A stretch of 62,875 nt of DNA, the filler included, from Octopus bimaculoides (Eukaryota): NCBI RefSeq assembly GCF_001194135.2. It is 4 parts of 4 records of this genome, joined end to end, with 100 filler letters (N's around TTAATTAATTAA, not from the genome) between each part and the next. Parts side by side here need not be neighbours in the genome. Positions count along the whole stretch, not along the records: positions 23,469 to 42,662 come from NC_069000.1; 3 more parts are not named here. One strand, written 5' to 3'. Below, in pieces: positions 25,212-39,190 of the stretch; positions within the stretch are counted from its first letter, which is position 1; every line of letters begins with the position of its first letter. The notes beneath the pieces were generated by a model. The model did not search any database, was not told where the DNA came from, and saw only the letters and a list, made by a program, of their open reading frames with translations. The translations under genes and the position numbers were made by a program.

Positions 25212-25925
25212 AGGCAGTGAGCTGACAAAATCGTTAGCATGCCGGACGAAATGCTTAACGGTATTTCATCCCGTCTACACGTTCTGGGTTCAAATTCCGC
25301 CGAAGTCGATTTTGCCCTTCATCCTTTCCAGGTCGATTAAATAAGTACCAGTTACGCACTGGGGCTGATGTAATCGACTTAAACCCTTTGCTTGTCCTTG
25401 TTTGTCTCCTTTATGTTTAGCCCCCTGCGGGCAATAAAGAAATAACAGTCAGGCGGCGAGCTGGCAGAATCGTTAGCATGCCGGGCGAAATGCGTACCGG
25501 TATTTGCCCGTCGCTACGTCCAGAATTCCAATTCCGCCGAGGTCGACTTTACCTTTCATCCTTTCGGGAGTCGATAAATTAAGTACCAGTTGCGTACTGG
25601 TGTCGATCTAATTGACTGCCCCCTCCGCCCCAAATTTCAGGCTTTGCGCTTAGAGCAGAAAGAATTATGAATACTACTCTTAGTATCATTATTTTCGTTT
25701 TAAACTTTTCTCGCTCTCTTCTCAAAATTGTTGCAGTCGTTGTTGTTACTGCTTTCAGTTTCACCCGTTTTTTTTTTTTTTTACTCTAGGCTCAAGGCTA
25801 GTCGATTAGATCTACCCCAGTACGCAACTGGTACTTAATTTATCTACCCCAAAAGGATGAAAAGTACAGTCGACCTCGGCAGAATTTGAACTCACGAAAT
25901 ACCGCTAAATATTTCGTCCGGCGTG
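25212..25925. mobile_element. Cluster of three family-A SINEs (two +, one -)
   Basis: Copies at about 25212-25445 (+), 25451-25665 (+) and 25795-25925 (-) share GTTCAAATTCCGCCGAGGTCGACTTT...AAGTACCAG. Other copies at about 24045-24230, 33796-34010, 34021-34225, 40584-40790, 45718-45925 and 58866-59200. Confidence 0.85.
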
Positions 25926-26239
25926 CTGTCTCTTTAATGTTATCAGCATCGGTAAATTGAAATCATTTTTCACCCATCACATGATATTTGATACCAGCGA
26001 CGCCGTACTTACTGGCCATTCTACAAATTAATCCCCGGCCGTTCTGTAAATTAATCCCTACCTTCCGTCCAGATAAAAGGATTAACTGTATCTTGGCTTT
26101 TCCTCCTTCTTCCTCATTTCTTCTTCTCACTTTCATATTTGTCGTCATCATGTCCTTGGCCTTTTCAGTTTTTCTCTTCTTGTTGTTTTTCTTCTTCTTC
26201 TTCTTCTTCTTCTTATTATTATTATTATTATTATTATTA

Positions 26240-26560
26240 TTTATATATAGAAATGAGAATGTATGTGTGTGTATCTGTGTGAATCCCTAAAACTCCAGAA
26301 CTACACAACCAATTTCATTCAAATTTTCACATGCCTTACTTAGGGTCCCGGTTGTGTTTTAGTTAAAAGAAATTTTAACTTCTTGCATAGTTCGAGCCCA
26401 CAGCAACATAATATCTCCTCCACTATTTAAGTATTACGTGTCATAAGTGAAACAAAAACACTCATGTCAAATACTTCCACTTTAAAAATGAAACTTTTCT
26501 ATTTCAGTATCAAAACTGAAACAATCACACTTTGATACTGTAATTTTTGGGAGATTAATT
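26240..26560 (+). mobile_element. 5' part of the same Helitron family as 14132-16693
   Basis: TATATATAGAAATGAGAATGT...GTGTGAATCCCTAAAACTCCAGAACTACACAACCAATTTCATTCAAATTT matches the reverse complement of 16575-16693; 3' end not identified and right boundary approximate. Confidence 0.65.
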
Positions 26561-28274
26561 TACACTGCATACGAAAATACAGACATATTATCACGGTACG
26601 TTATTAAACACTCACAGATCTACGCATACATACCTACACATACATATACTTACCTGACGACTTAATTTTTTTATTGACCACACACGGTCGAAACACAAAG
26701 GGAACAACACAAGGACAGAAAAAAAACACAAAAGTGGAGGGAAAATAAAATCGAATGAAAAGAATGGTAATGATAAATCAAAAGGTGGAATGACGTCTAC
26801 TCGAACCCCACACTACAGTTAAGGTCAGTGAACGTTTTTAGAAGAAAAATTTTTTTGACACGTGTTATTTTATTTTTGTCTCTTTCTCCTTGTGGTAAAT
26901 ATTTTTTCTAACTCTATTTGCTTGAATGAACATACTTTTCTTTATATTAAGTAATTCATTATAATTACTTTTACGATGAGCCTAAATAAAGAACATCGTT
27001 ATAGATCAGCATTTCTCAACCTTTTTCGCGATTTGGCTTCCCTTGGACATTGAAAAAATTTATTTCGGCTCCCCTGTGTTGATGAAAAATTTAATCCAGC
27101 TTCCCATGTATCTGAGATAGACCGGCCGGCCCATGACAAATCTGACAAAAGCGGGGACCCGCAGAACTACCAGCTCACGAACTGCATCTGAAAGTTGGCG
27201 CACCAATCATGCTGCTAAGGAATTTAGATACATATCATCGAGAAGAGGTAACGAGATATAATCATGGGATAAAAGATTAGTAGAATAAACATGTTGCGTG
27301 TAGAAGCAAATTGAATATATCAATGATAAACCCAAATAATCCCTTAGTAAATATATATATATGTACATATAATTATATACACACATATGCATATATATAT
27401 GTATATATACACATACATACCCCCATTCATACTTACACGCATATATATATATATATNNNNNNNNNNNNNNNNNNNNNNNNNNNNNNNNNNNNNNNNNNNN
27501 NNNNNNNNNNNNNNNNNNNNNNNNNNNNNNNNNNNNNNNNNNNNNNNNNNNNNNNNNNNNNNNNNNNNNNNNNNNNNNNNNNNNNNNNNNNNNNNNNNNN
27601 NNNNNNNNNNNNNNNNNNNNNNNNNNNNNNNNNNNNNNNNNNNNNNNNNNNNNNNNNNNNNNNNNNNNNNNNNNNNNNNNNNNNNNNNNNNNNNNNNNNN
27701 NNNNNNNNNNNNNNNNNNNNNNNNNNNNNNNNNNNNNNNNNNNNNNNNNNNNNNNNNNNNNNNNNNNNNNNNNNNNNNNNNNNNNNNNNNNNNNNNNNNN
27801 NNNNNNNNNNNNNNNNNNNNNNNNNNNNNNNNNNNNNNNNNNNNNNNNNNNNNNNNNNNNNNNNNNNNNNNNNNNNNNNNNNNNNNNNNNNNNNNNNNNN
27901 NNNNNNNNNNNNNNNNNNNNNNNNNNNNNNNNNNNNNNNNNNNNNNNNNNNNNNNNNNNNNNNNNNNNNNNNNNNNNNNNNNNNNNNNNNNNNNNNNNNN
28001 NNGTGTTGATAAAACATCCAGTCAAAATGGAAAATTCAGGAAAATACGTTATAATACGGAAAACAAAAAAATTCTATAAGATAGTTACAGAGATGTAGTC
28101 TTTGAATGTGTAGGTGTATCTATATATGTATTTGTGTGATTGTATACACACTCATGTATATATATATATATATATGTACATATAATTATATACACACATA
28201 TGCATATATATATGTATATATACACATACATACCCCCATTCATACTTACACGCATATATATATATATATATATA

Positions 28275-28308
<34 letters not shown>

Positions 28309-30441
28309 CATTCCTACATACATACATGCAAATGTACATGAGCAGATGCATGCATCCATCCATCTACCCAGCCATCTATCCTACCATCCAACTATCCCTA
28401 CATGCATACATACATAGAATACATACATACATACATTCCTACATATATTCAGACATACATACATACATACATACATAAAACGAATGGCCGAAGGGTTAGC
28501 GAAACATAGAAATGGAATAAATGATTAAGAGAATACACATCACGAATATAATAATACATATATATAGCAATACATGTATGTATGTGTATTTGTGTGTATG
28601 ACGATCTGAGAGAGAGGGTGATTTTTGAATAAGTCTGGAATAATAGATTAAGATAATATAGGTCTCGAAAGTAGAAACAACATCTACAGTTTGAAAGGAA
28701 GATAAATTAAATGGTGGAAAGGAAGAAAAAAGAAAACGAAATGGAAAAATATGCAGACGATAGTCAAATTATATAAGAAAACAATCGTTATAAGGACAAG
28801 AGGAACTTTGGAAAGATAAGTAAAAATAAATAGCGGAAGGTGAACTAAAAAATAACATATACAAATGTTTAAAAGATGGAGTATACATACTGAAATATAT
28901 ACAAATACATACATTTACACACCCTGATGCATACACGCACACATAAATACACATCACACATAATGAGCCGAGAGTCAGACTAATGGGAAATAAGCCTGGA
29001 ATAAAGGATTTGGAGAATAGACATCTTGAAAGTGGAAGCAATATCTATGACGGAAAGAAAGAAAGAAAGGAGAGAAAAGAAATATATAGAATAAGGAATG
29101 CAAATATGCAGACGATAGTGACGTAATACGAGGGAAAGACGGAATGGTGGAGAAGGAAAATTGGGTGAAGATAAGCTAAGAACATAAATAGCTGAATATA
29201 GAGACAAAAAAAAAGAAAAGAAAAAGAAATTGCATGCAAAATAGAAAGTGGAAGAATTGTTTTGTTTTTTTTTTCTTTTTTTATATGGTGGGTATCAATA
29301 TAAGGAAAATAAAAACGGATAGAATTTTGGAATGAAGGAGATACATAGACAGACAGATAGATAGATAGATACATAGATAGATAGATAGATAGATAGATAG
29401 AGGGGGAGAGAGAGAGGGATAGAGAGATAGACAGGCATACAGATAGATAGATAGGCTGTCAGAGAAAGAAATATAAATAGTGGCAAGTATAGGTAAACTC
29501 AGATAAGTTGTTGTTCTTCTTCTCCTTCTCCTCTTTCTTCTTTCTGTTATTATTATTATATATCATCATCATCATCATTATTATTATTGACGTTGTTGTT
29601 GTTGTTATTACCATTGTCGTTGTTGTTGCTATCGCATAGTCTAACTCTACCTTAATTATAGTAGGTGGGTAGTCAAGTCTAATGTGTAAGTAAACAACAC
29701 GTCCAATGTTCCAAATATACCGAACCAACCAACACAAATTTAAACAAAATACAATACAATACACTACACTTCATCTTCCTAGTAACATTCTCAGATAAAC
29801 TTTCATAAATTCCTGACAATTGGTCGGCAGAAGCCCAGGCGAAATGCCTCCTCTTTCTCTAGAGTTAAGCAGATACGAACGAAATATTCTTTTGGATACG
29901 ACGGTGGTCTATCAGTAGCATCCGTTGTCGGCCCAACCCTTCTTTCCAGCATCTAGATAAGCGGTGTCTTTGAGGAACCCGTGGGTCCCTAGTGGTCTAC
30001 AAAGAAAGTACTGGACGTCCGCAGGCTGTCCAGTACAAATATATAGTTACTCTGTTACATATACTTGTTTAATTGCAACCATTAATTATCTTCTAATTGA
30101 GAAATGAAACTGACAACACAATTTCGTTGTTAGTTAATAAAAGTCACTTAATGAGCTGGACAGACCTTTCAAATACCCAAGGTTCGTGGCAATAAAAGGG
30201 GTTGGCCTGCCGGTAAAAACCCATTTTGTTTCTTACTTCAAAATTATCTTTGTATTATTTTTGTCTTTCTTATTTCATAAGGTGGGGGGAGGGCGACAGA
30301 TCACATTGGTTTCATAACTTAATTGACTTTTACAGCCGTTTTAAAATATTACTGACGTTATCATTTGTATAATTAAGTAATTAACACATTATTTACATTA
30401 TCTACATTTAACGGATATTTGTCCTCATCTTGTTTGATGTT

Positions 30442-30487
30442 AACACAACGTTTCGGCTGATATACCTTCCAGCCTTCATCAGGTGTC
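30442..30487 (-). ncRNA. Minimal type I hammerhead ribozyme with intact core (PLE-type)
   Basis: GACAC-CUGAUGA-A-GGCUG-(10-nt loop)-CAGCC-GAAA-CG-UU-GUGUU: 5-bp stems I and II, palindromic AACGUU helix III. Confidence 0.8.
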
Positions 30488-30675
30488 TTGGGAAAATTTC
30501 GAACCTTGGTTCTCATTCTTAAGGTAGCTTTCGGATCACCACCTATGGTCGAATAGTTCATAGGTGGTGATCACAGGGTTGGATTACCCTGGGCATAATA
30601 TTTAAGTACCTGGCTCTGTGAGGTATGCTCATAACTATTATCATTATTATTCCATACATACATACACACACACAC

Positions 30676-30714
<39 letters not shown>

Positions 30715-30814
30715 GTCAATCCAAACAAGAACAAACAAGAAAAAAACAACAACGCGAGGACGTGGTACAAGTGATGTGAAATTGGACACCCAGGAAAAGA
30801 AAGAAAAGAAAGGA

Positions 30815-30848
30815 TTTCACGTTTCGAGCGGACCTCTTCATCAGAAAG
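30815..30848 (-). ncRNA. Minimal hammerhead motif in a PLE-like LTR, non-cleavable GUG triplet
   Basis: UUU-CUGAUGA-A-GAG-GUCCG-CUC-GAAA-CG-UG-AAA; flanks match the repeat at 40160-40305. Confidence 0.65.
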
Positions 30849-30874
30849 GAACACAGAAAGAGAAATCGCCAACG

Positions 30875-30952
<78 letters not shown>

Positions 30953-31282
30953 TTATATATATGTATGTATATATGTGTGTGTGTATCAGAGTGCATGTGC
31001 GTCTACATATTAAGCTGTATATCATTGAGAAGATAAAATGGAATTCGCATCCATATAATTCTTATTAGTTTGCAATGGTGTAAAAGAAGATTAAGAAGTT
31101 AGAAAAGTTGCAAGATTTTATCAAACATGTCAATTTCTGCGCCATCTTTTTAATCCGCGCAACCGTTATGAGATACACTGTCATAGACGCAATGGCTTCA
31201 TTACAGATACCGTATTTGCGGCGTTAACAAACTTTCAGCATGTACGAGTGTGTGTGTGTGTATGTGTGTGTTATACATGTAT

Positions 31283-31325
<43 letters not shown>

Positions 31326-32360
31326 GTGTGTTAGTGTTAGTGTTAGTGTGTGTATACATGGAAGCCAATGAGTAGTACCAACGAAAATCATGAGGACAAC
31401 GTTTGAGAAATAATGCATATTTATATCATCAAATATGAGTGTGTACGCGCATGCGTGTGTGTGTAAATTCAGAGCGATACGCATGGATATAATTATGTAT
31501 GCATGTATCTGTGTTAGTGTAACCATATCTCCATGCGTATGCGCTTACATTCATAAATACACGCGCATACGCACACACATATGTACACAAGGCTATCATT
31601 ATGAATATCTATATTTATGTACACACTCGCACACCATCACGCATGCGTTCCCGTTTACAAGTTTCATCGCCATCTTTTCTATTGCTTCCTCTATTCTATA
31701 GCTACACACCAGTATGAAATCGTACAAAATACTTATATAACATCCTAATCGGAACATGAAGTTCTTCATTCTTTTTCTTTTCAATTTCATTCTCCTAGTT
31801 TTAGCCATAACACTGCAACCATGCTGGGGCACGGCCATGAAGCGGATTTGGTGCATTGTCTTATATTTTACCGTCTTCGAAATCTATAGAATGCAAAATA
31901 AATATGATACATTCTGGAATAATCCATAGACAGAATTACAGATCTTCATCGTCGATTCTGAAATTCTGGATCAATATTCAGGAAAAAGAAAGAACAAGTC
32001 TTAGTAGGCTTGCTACTAATATTCAGATGGTTATAGAATCAACGTGACTCGCACTAGACGTGGATATTAGATAGTATGACAACCTAAGGTATATGTATGC
32101 ATAAGTATATATGTCTAATACATACGTAAAATTTATCTTCGTTTTGTCTTTGGTCAGTAAGTGGCTGACAATATGTGTATCCCTGATCATGAGCAGGAGT
32201 ATTGGAGAAGCAGCATAACCATGTGTTGAGAGGGTTTCTTCGTGGTTTGAATAAATTTAATAAAGGCAAAGTTTGAAGGAAATATCACCCATTTTTCATA
32301 CATTTTTAGTGTAAGCAAAATGGGAAATAACAATTATATATTTATATACATGCATATATA

Positions 32361-32405
<45 letters not shown>

Positions 32406-33491
32406 TTTGTGTATTTTCCGGTGGCTGCAATGGCGTAGCGGAGTATATAAACTCTCATGTCGCCAGTGTTAGAACACCTTAGAGCCATGGACAGGCGAGA
32501 TAACTCCCCTTGAATCCCTTTTGGAAGTGATTGACATCGATGTTTCGCTATACCGGTGACATGAGAGTTATTTGCTATTCTGCGCCATTGCAGCCAACGG
32601 GAAATACACCAAAGCATATACATTAGTATATGTGTTTAACAATATTTAATATACATATATATAAATCTATGCATGTATGTATGTATATATATGTGTATGT
32701 ATGTGTGTCTCTCTCTCTATATATATATAGAGAGAGAGATAGAGAGAGAGAGAGAAATATATATATATATATATATATATAGGAATATATACACGCACAC
32801 ACACTCATGATCACATACATGTATACGTCTGCTGTATAAGGATGGGTTCTGTTACCATCTGCTTGATCGTCTGCTTGATCGTCTGCTTTATCGTCTGCTT
32901 TATCGTCTGCTGCCTTCAAATATCACCCCTCTCTCTCTCTCTTTCTCGCTCNNNNNNNNNNCTCTCTCCCTCGCTCTCTCTCTCTCTCTCCCTCGCTCTC
33001 TCTCTCGCTCTCTCCCTCTCGCTCTCTCCCTCGCTCTCTCCCTCTCGCTCTCTCCCTCTCTCTCTCTCGCTCTCTCCCTCTCTCTCATTCTCCCTTCGTC
33101 CCCTCTTTCACTGTCTACTTTTCCCACTTATCTCAATCCTCTCTATCCCTCACAACTCTCTTTCTCTCTCCTCCTCACTCTGCCTCTGTCTCTCACTCTC
33201 ACTCCCTCTCTATAGCTATCTATCTATCTATCCCTCTGCCCCACCCTCACTGTACTCCCTTCTCCATCCTTATATTTCCTCACCTTCACGTCTGTCCACC
33301 GTTATCTAGACCTTCCTCATACCACAGTTTTCATCCATTCTACTATAACTATGAAAACACACATACACACTCACACACACAAACGCACATACACACACAC
33401 GCATACTTACACATGTACATATATATAGATATAAGGGTTGTTTTACATAAATGAACCAAACAGCACACAATGCACAATTGGTCATTCACTA

Positions 33492-33534
<43 letters not shown>

Positions 33535-33544
33535 NNNNNNNNNN

Positions 33545-33613
<69 letters not shown>

Positions 33614-35399
33614 AATATACACGCATACACGTTTATATATATGTATACACATACGGACACATACACATACACACGCATAAACCATTTGTTGGTCTGCATT
33701 TTATCTCTCTCACCCGCATATCTTCCTCTCCGTCTATCTCCTACCTCATATCTACTACTACTAATAATAATAATAATGATAATAATAATAATAATCCTTT
33801 CTACTACAGGCACAAGGCTTGAAATTTTGGGGAGGATGATAGTCGATTGCATCGACTCCAGTACGCAACTGGTACTTAATTAATTGATCGACCTGGAAAG
33901 GATGAAAGGCAAAGTCGACCTCGGCGAAGTTTGGACTCAGAACGTAGCGGCAGACGAAATACCGCTGAGCATTTCGCCCGGCGTGCTAACGATTCTGCCA
34001 GCTCGCCGCCCTAAGAACACTCCTTTCTACTAAAGGCACAAGGCCCGAAATTTGGGTGGGAAGGGGTTAGTCGGTTACCTCAACCCCAGTACGCAACTGG
34101 TACTTATTTCATCGACCCCGAAAGGATTAACGGTAAAATCGACCTGAGCGGAATTTGAACTCAGAACGTAAAGTCGGACAAAATGCTGGTAAGTATTTTG
34201 TCTGGCGTACTAACGATTCTGATACTACTACTACTACTACTACTACTAACTTTATCTCTTGTGCTTCGCCTATCTCTTGTGTCTTACCTATCACTACTAC
34301 CTCCACCACTTCTTTACTCTTATTCTCCCCCCCCCTTCATTCGCATCTTACTTCTCACTTCCACCGCCACCACAATGACTATGACCTTATATTGCTCCCC
34401 CCTTTCTCTCAACACTTCTCACCAACCTACACCCCCACCTCCTCCGACACTGCTGCTGCATTACAACCACCACAACCACCACCTCCCCCATCATCTCTAC
34501 AGTACTGCTCGCCTCCGTCCCCTTCTTCATCTCTACCTCTGACTGTCACCCCAACTCGACATCGCCTCATCCTCATCGTAGCTTCGCCTTCCTTCCCTTT
34601 CTCTCCTCTCACTACTCCCACAACTGCTCTGTTCGGCTTCCTTTATTACATAATACACTTTTATTTTCATAGCGTAGTTTAAACTTCGGAGATCACACGC
34701 ACACACACACAGTCTCACATACATATACATACACACATATACGCATCCACATGCATGCACGTACATATACGCATACACACAAGGACATGTACCCATACAT
34801 AAAATCATACACGCATATACGTATGTGTAAAAATGCGTATACATATTCATATACACGCGCCTTCTCACAAAACATATCAGATGGCACACACACTAATCAA
34901 AGAACGAAAGGGATCTCCGTCGCATTCGACGAGGGTATTCAGTTATTCCTTCAACTGAATTACCTGTTCATTGAGTATTCCGTAGCTGCTTTAACGCTGA
35001 AGTGAAAGCGTGTAGCCTAACGGATAGACTGTTACATTCATGATCGCAAGATCGTGGTTTCGATTCCCGAACCAGGTAGTGACTTTGTTCTTGAGCAAAA
35101 TACTTCATTTTACATTGGCTGAATATTTCGCAGACGCTTGGATACTCAAGTAAAGGCCCGTGACCTTGTGATTAGGGTGTAACACAATATACGACAATGC
35201 TCTACCGCTTGAGTTCAAGTTTCACTCCGGTCACAGGCTTCCGAACAGTTTTCGCTCACTCAAATTCTCTCACAAGTCTTCAGTTGGCTTGTGGCCACGA
35301 TAAAAGTTACTTGTTCGAGATAATGTGCGGTGGGATCGAACACGTGACAAAATCACTTCTCCTGCGAGGTGAAGAACTCCTACATTGAGGCTTCCACCT

Positions 35400-35870
35400 C
35401 CTCTTGGATGATGAAGTCATAGATCAGAACAAGCGACATTACAAGGGACTCTGCACTATATCCTAGGTGTGGCATCAGTTCGATTCTTCCAACGTCCTGA
35501 GGTTTATTCTGGGTCATTCGAACGGTATGAGGCCAGGTGTTGTCATGGCGCAGAGGAGCTTCTTTCCGTTGAACAATGTCGGGTATTTTGCCGCACAATA
35601 ACATACACGTACTCCAGATGTTCGGAGTGTGGGTTGGCATCGATGGTGCAACCATCCGGAACGTACTCACAATGAAACATCCCCTCATAATTCCACCAGA
35701 CGCAGAGCATCGCCTTGTGTTTGAAACTCCCATATATGACGACAGGTTCCAAAAGCTGGTCCTTGCTTAACCACTGCTTAATGCTTGTTAGGATTGCGGG
35801 AAAATAGCACCCGCGGATTATTACGTGTTCCGATCCATAGTTCACTTCCTGCGCTCGCGACGCGATCAGT
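35400..35870 (-). mobile_element. Mariner-type transposase fragment
   Basis: KAMLCVWWNYEGMFHCEYVPDGCTI and HDNTWPHTVRMT...LMPHLGYS correspond to mariner MLCVWW / HDNARPH / PHPPYSPD motifs; frameshifted. Confidence 0.85.
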
Positions 35871-36839
35871 GGTACGGTTAATCCTTTACCGTTGAGCTGA
35901 CTGAATCAACGTTAAATGAAATGCTTTTGTCAAGAATTCGACGCACAACTCGCTCCGGAAATCGAAACCATGATATTGCGATCGTGAGTGTAACAACCTA
36001 AGTATTGGGCCATGGATTTTACTCCACGAAGACTGCTTGACGACTGGTTGCGTGGATAATCTTATGTAATCAAATGTTTCTTTCGACGCAATGCATTAAA
36101 CAACCTTATGAAGATTATGTATGCAAAACGCTCTCCAAATCTTATTGTTGCTTTATTCAGTCTATTTAAACGCCTGTGTGAAACCAAAAGTCGTAACAGA
36201 ATAAATAAAAGGGTATTTAATACCCTTTATATATATATATAAAAAAATACAAAAGGAAAAGGAAATAATGAGAAAGAAAGAGATTTCAGGAAAAGACAAT
36301 GAACGGTTAAGTGTTTCTGTTAGGAAATCTTTCTGTGATTTTCATGTATTAAAAGCTCTTATTTCTGGTCGGTAGATCCTTAAGACTGTATTAAACCTCG
36401 AAGCTTGGTAACCTTTTGAAGACCAAATTCAATATATCTTATATGTCAGATGATGGTTTGGGTAGCAGAACAAATAGTGTCATAAAGACGCTGAATAGTC
36501 TTTTATAAGAATATAAATGTGATTCTAAACGGCCTTTTCGTGACATTCATAATCAACGTTATTACCATTCCAACTATTTCAATGCACACTGGTCTTTCAA
36601 TTAACTGTTTTAAGCACGGAAAGACATTTTGAATAAAGTAGTCCTACATACAAACAGCATTCGTCTGCCGTTTCTGACAATGTAAAAGATGAGAAGTTGC
36701 TAATCCTATCAAGTTCTAATCTAAGCCTACATGGGCGAGCATTTTATTTATCAAGATGTTTCCTTCGTTCAAATATAATTTGGTCAGCAGAAAAGCAAAA
36801 CCAGTACATCAACGAGAGAGTGGGTAACCGATAGCAGAC

Positions 36840-37330
36840 GGTTCAAAATTCAGCGCGGTCTTTCTTTTTGTCCTTGATGGCTCGGGATAAAAACTGGACC
36901 TTTCGTATATTGTATGAGGAATACCGAATCTCTTCCTTCTCTACTTACCTAATAAGAAACTCACACACTCCAATGTCCTTGGCGATGGACCTGATTAACT
37001 TGGAAGGATCGTTGGCAATCATGGTCTGGATCTCACCAACAAATTCAGGAGTTCTTTTCTTTTAAGAACGATCGGAATGAGTTTTCCGAGCTGCTGTATC
37101 TTCGTAGTCACCATTAGACTCATCCGACTCTTTCCGAATCTTCTCTACTGTCCTCAGATTGACACCTAAACACTCTGAAATGTTCGTATTGAAGCTTCCG
37201 GCGAGAATGCCAAGCAGTACAGCGTGTCGTCTCCTAATTTCTGACAAACTGAGTTGTATCATAGTGCTGTTTTTCTCACAGACGGTGCCTAACTTTATTT
37301 TACTAGATTTCTTATTATCTTCAAATTAAT
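36840..37330 (-). mobile_element. Tc1/mariner-superfamily transposase, N-terminal fragment
   Basis: RRRHAVLLGILAG...ISECLGVNLRTVEKIRKE...RKTHSDRS then KRTPEFVGEIQTMIANDPSKLIRSIAKDIGV: HTH-like N-terminus, probably the family whose catalytic half is at 62035-62641. Confidence 0.7.
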
Positions 37331-38163
37331 CCATTATCCCTCACGCACACACAAAGATAAAAATAAAATAACTTCATACAATTAGTTTGCCTGTAGGAAC
37401 TAAGAGGTCAGCATTTATTTTAAAATGTATATTATCCAGGAAGTTATAAGATATTGATACCTCACCTTGTCCCTCTTCCCTTCTATCTATTTAATATAAA
37501 GAGCGAATTGAGGCATCAACCAACCAACCAGCCAACAAATTTTCATATCGGCTATTATAGATACTGTGAGTAAATGCCCAAGTGACAACTTGGAAAGGCT
37601 GAGTTCTCGGGATATGACGTGAACAAACTAAAGTACACGTAACATGTATAATCTGTAAGAGTAGGAATTAAAGTACGTAAGACTTTTCTTCATTCAGCAT
37701 GTGAATTTGGTTTTGTTATCTGTATTTCTAGAATGGAACTTTGAATGTTTGTTAGAAACCAGATCCATCTTGCAAGGAAGACTTCAAATAATTAAAATCA
37801 TACCTGCAAATACGAAGACATAAACATACATGCATACATATATACATACATAGGTACAAACATACATAATACATATGTACATATACATATGTGTATATAT
37901 GTATATATAAATATGGATGTCTGTATATACTTACATAGATACATACATGCAACACATACATATATACACAGAAAAATATACACATATAGAGATTTCAAAC
38001 CGTTTGTAGCAGGCAAAAATAAATACTCTACTAAACTTGAAGGAGGTTCTAAGATCCAAGCAAGCCCGTAGGCCAATATGTATATATATGTATATAGATG
38101 TGTATATATGTGTGTGTGTATTTATATATGTGTATATAAATGTATATATATTTATAAATGTAC

Positions 38164-38210
<47 letters not shown>

Positions 38211-38459
38211 GGGGTGATGTATATAGATAGGTACGAATACATATATGTTCATGTATGTATGTATGTATATTTGTATGTATGTATGTATGTATGTATGTGC
38301 TTACACAGACGATTCTGGATCAAACAGCGCTTACCCCCAAGGGACATTATATTTCTTTGAATTTCTGTATTAATCTCACAAAATAAAATTACCCACCCGC
38401 ACGAATAATCCCCTGACACATGCACGCGCGCACACACACACACACNNNNNNNNNNCATG

Positions 38460-38507
<48 letters not shown>

Positions 38508-38595
38508 AACACACACAAACAGACATATATTTCGAGTAATGAGGTGACAACAAAACACTATGTATGTATGTATTTATGCATGAGCGCCTGTGTGG

Positions 38596-38628
<33 letters not shown>

Positions 38629-38972
38629 TGCGTGTTTATGTGCGTGTGTCTGACTATGTGCGTGCGCGTGTGTCTGAGTATGGTTGTGTGTGTATGTGTG
38701 CATAATTTATTAGCGTTTAGCTGAATAGAAGCTCTCTTGTGTGCCAAACATCAATGGTTTCACGTTACGAGTCCTCTGTGTGATCTAATTACTCCCACAA
38801 ATTATCAGATCAAACGATTTATGTTACGTAAGCAATACTCACTCTACGTAGAATTTTTTTATACCTCACTTCTGACAATTTTTTTTTATTATTTTTGTAC
38901 CACTTTGATAATATATATCTGTGTGTATGAGTATATATATATATATATGAATAGATAGATACATACATAATT

Positions 38973-39023
<51 letters not shown>

Positions 39024-39138
39024 CATATATGTATGTATATATATACACATACATAGATGTGTATAAACGTATGTATGTATGCAAATATATATAGAAATAT
39101 AAATGCATATGTAAATATATTTATATGTAAGTATATAG

Positions 39139-39190
<52 letters not shown>

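Noticed and set aside
27351-28272. About 105-bp sequence repeated on both sides of an N gap
   Set aside because: Apparently identical copies flanking a gap in microsatellite context; most likely redundant assembly rather than a biological duplication.
31756-31929. Short ORF resembling a secreted peptide (MKFFILFLFNFILLVLAITLQPCWG...)
   Set aside because: The hydrophobic stretch comes from a T-rich tract and part of the ORF resembles the SINE family B tail; no splice or homology support.
35222-35290. CUGAAGA...GAAAAC on the minus strand
   Set aside because: A diverged piece of SINE family B; stem I cannot form.
38760-38810. Degenerate hammerhead-like strings here and at about 60465-60495
   Set aside because: Several core mismatches and unconvincing stems; indistinguishable from chance.
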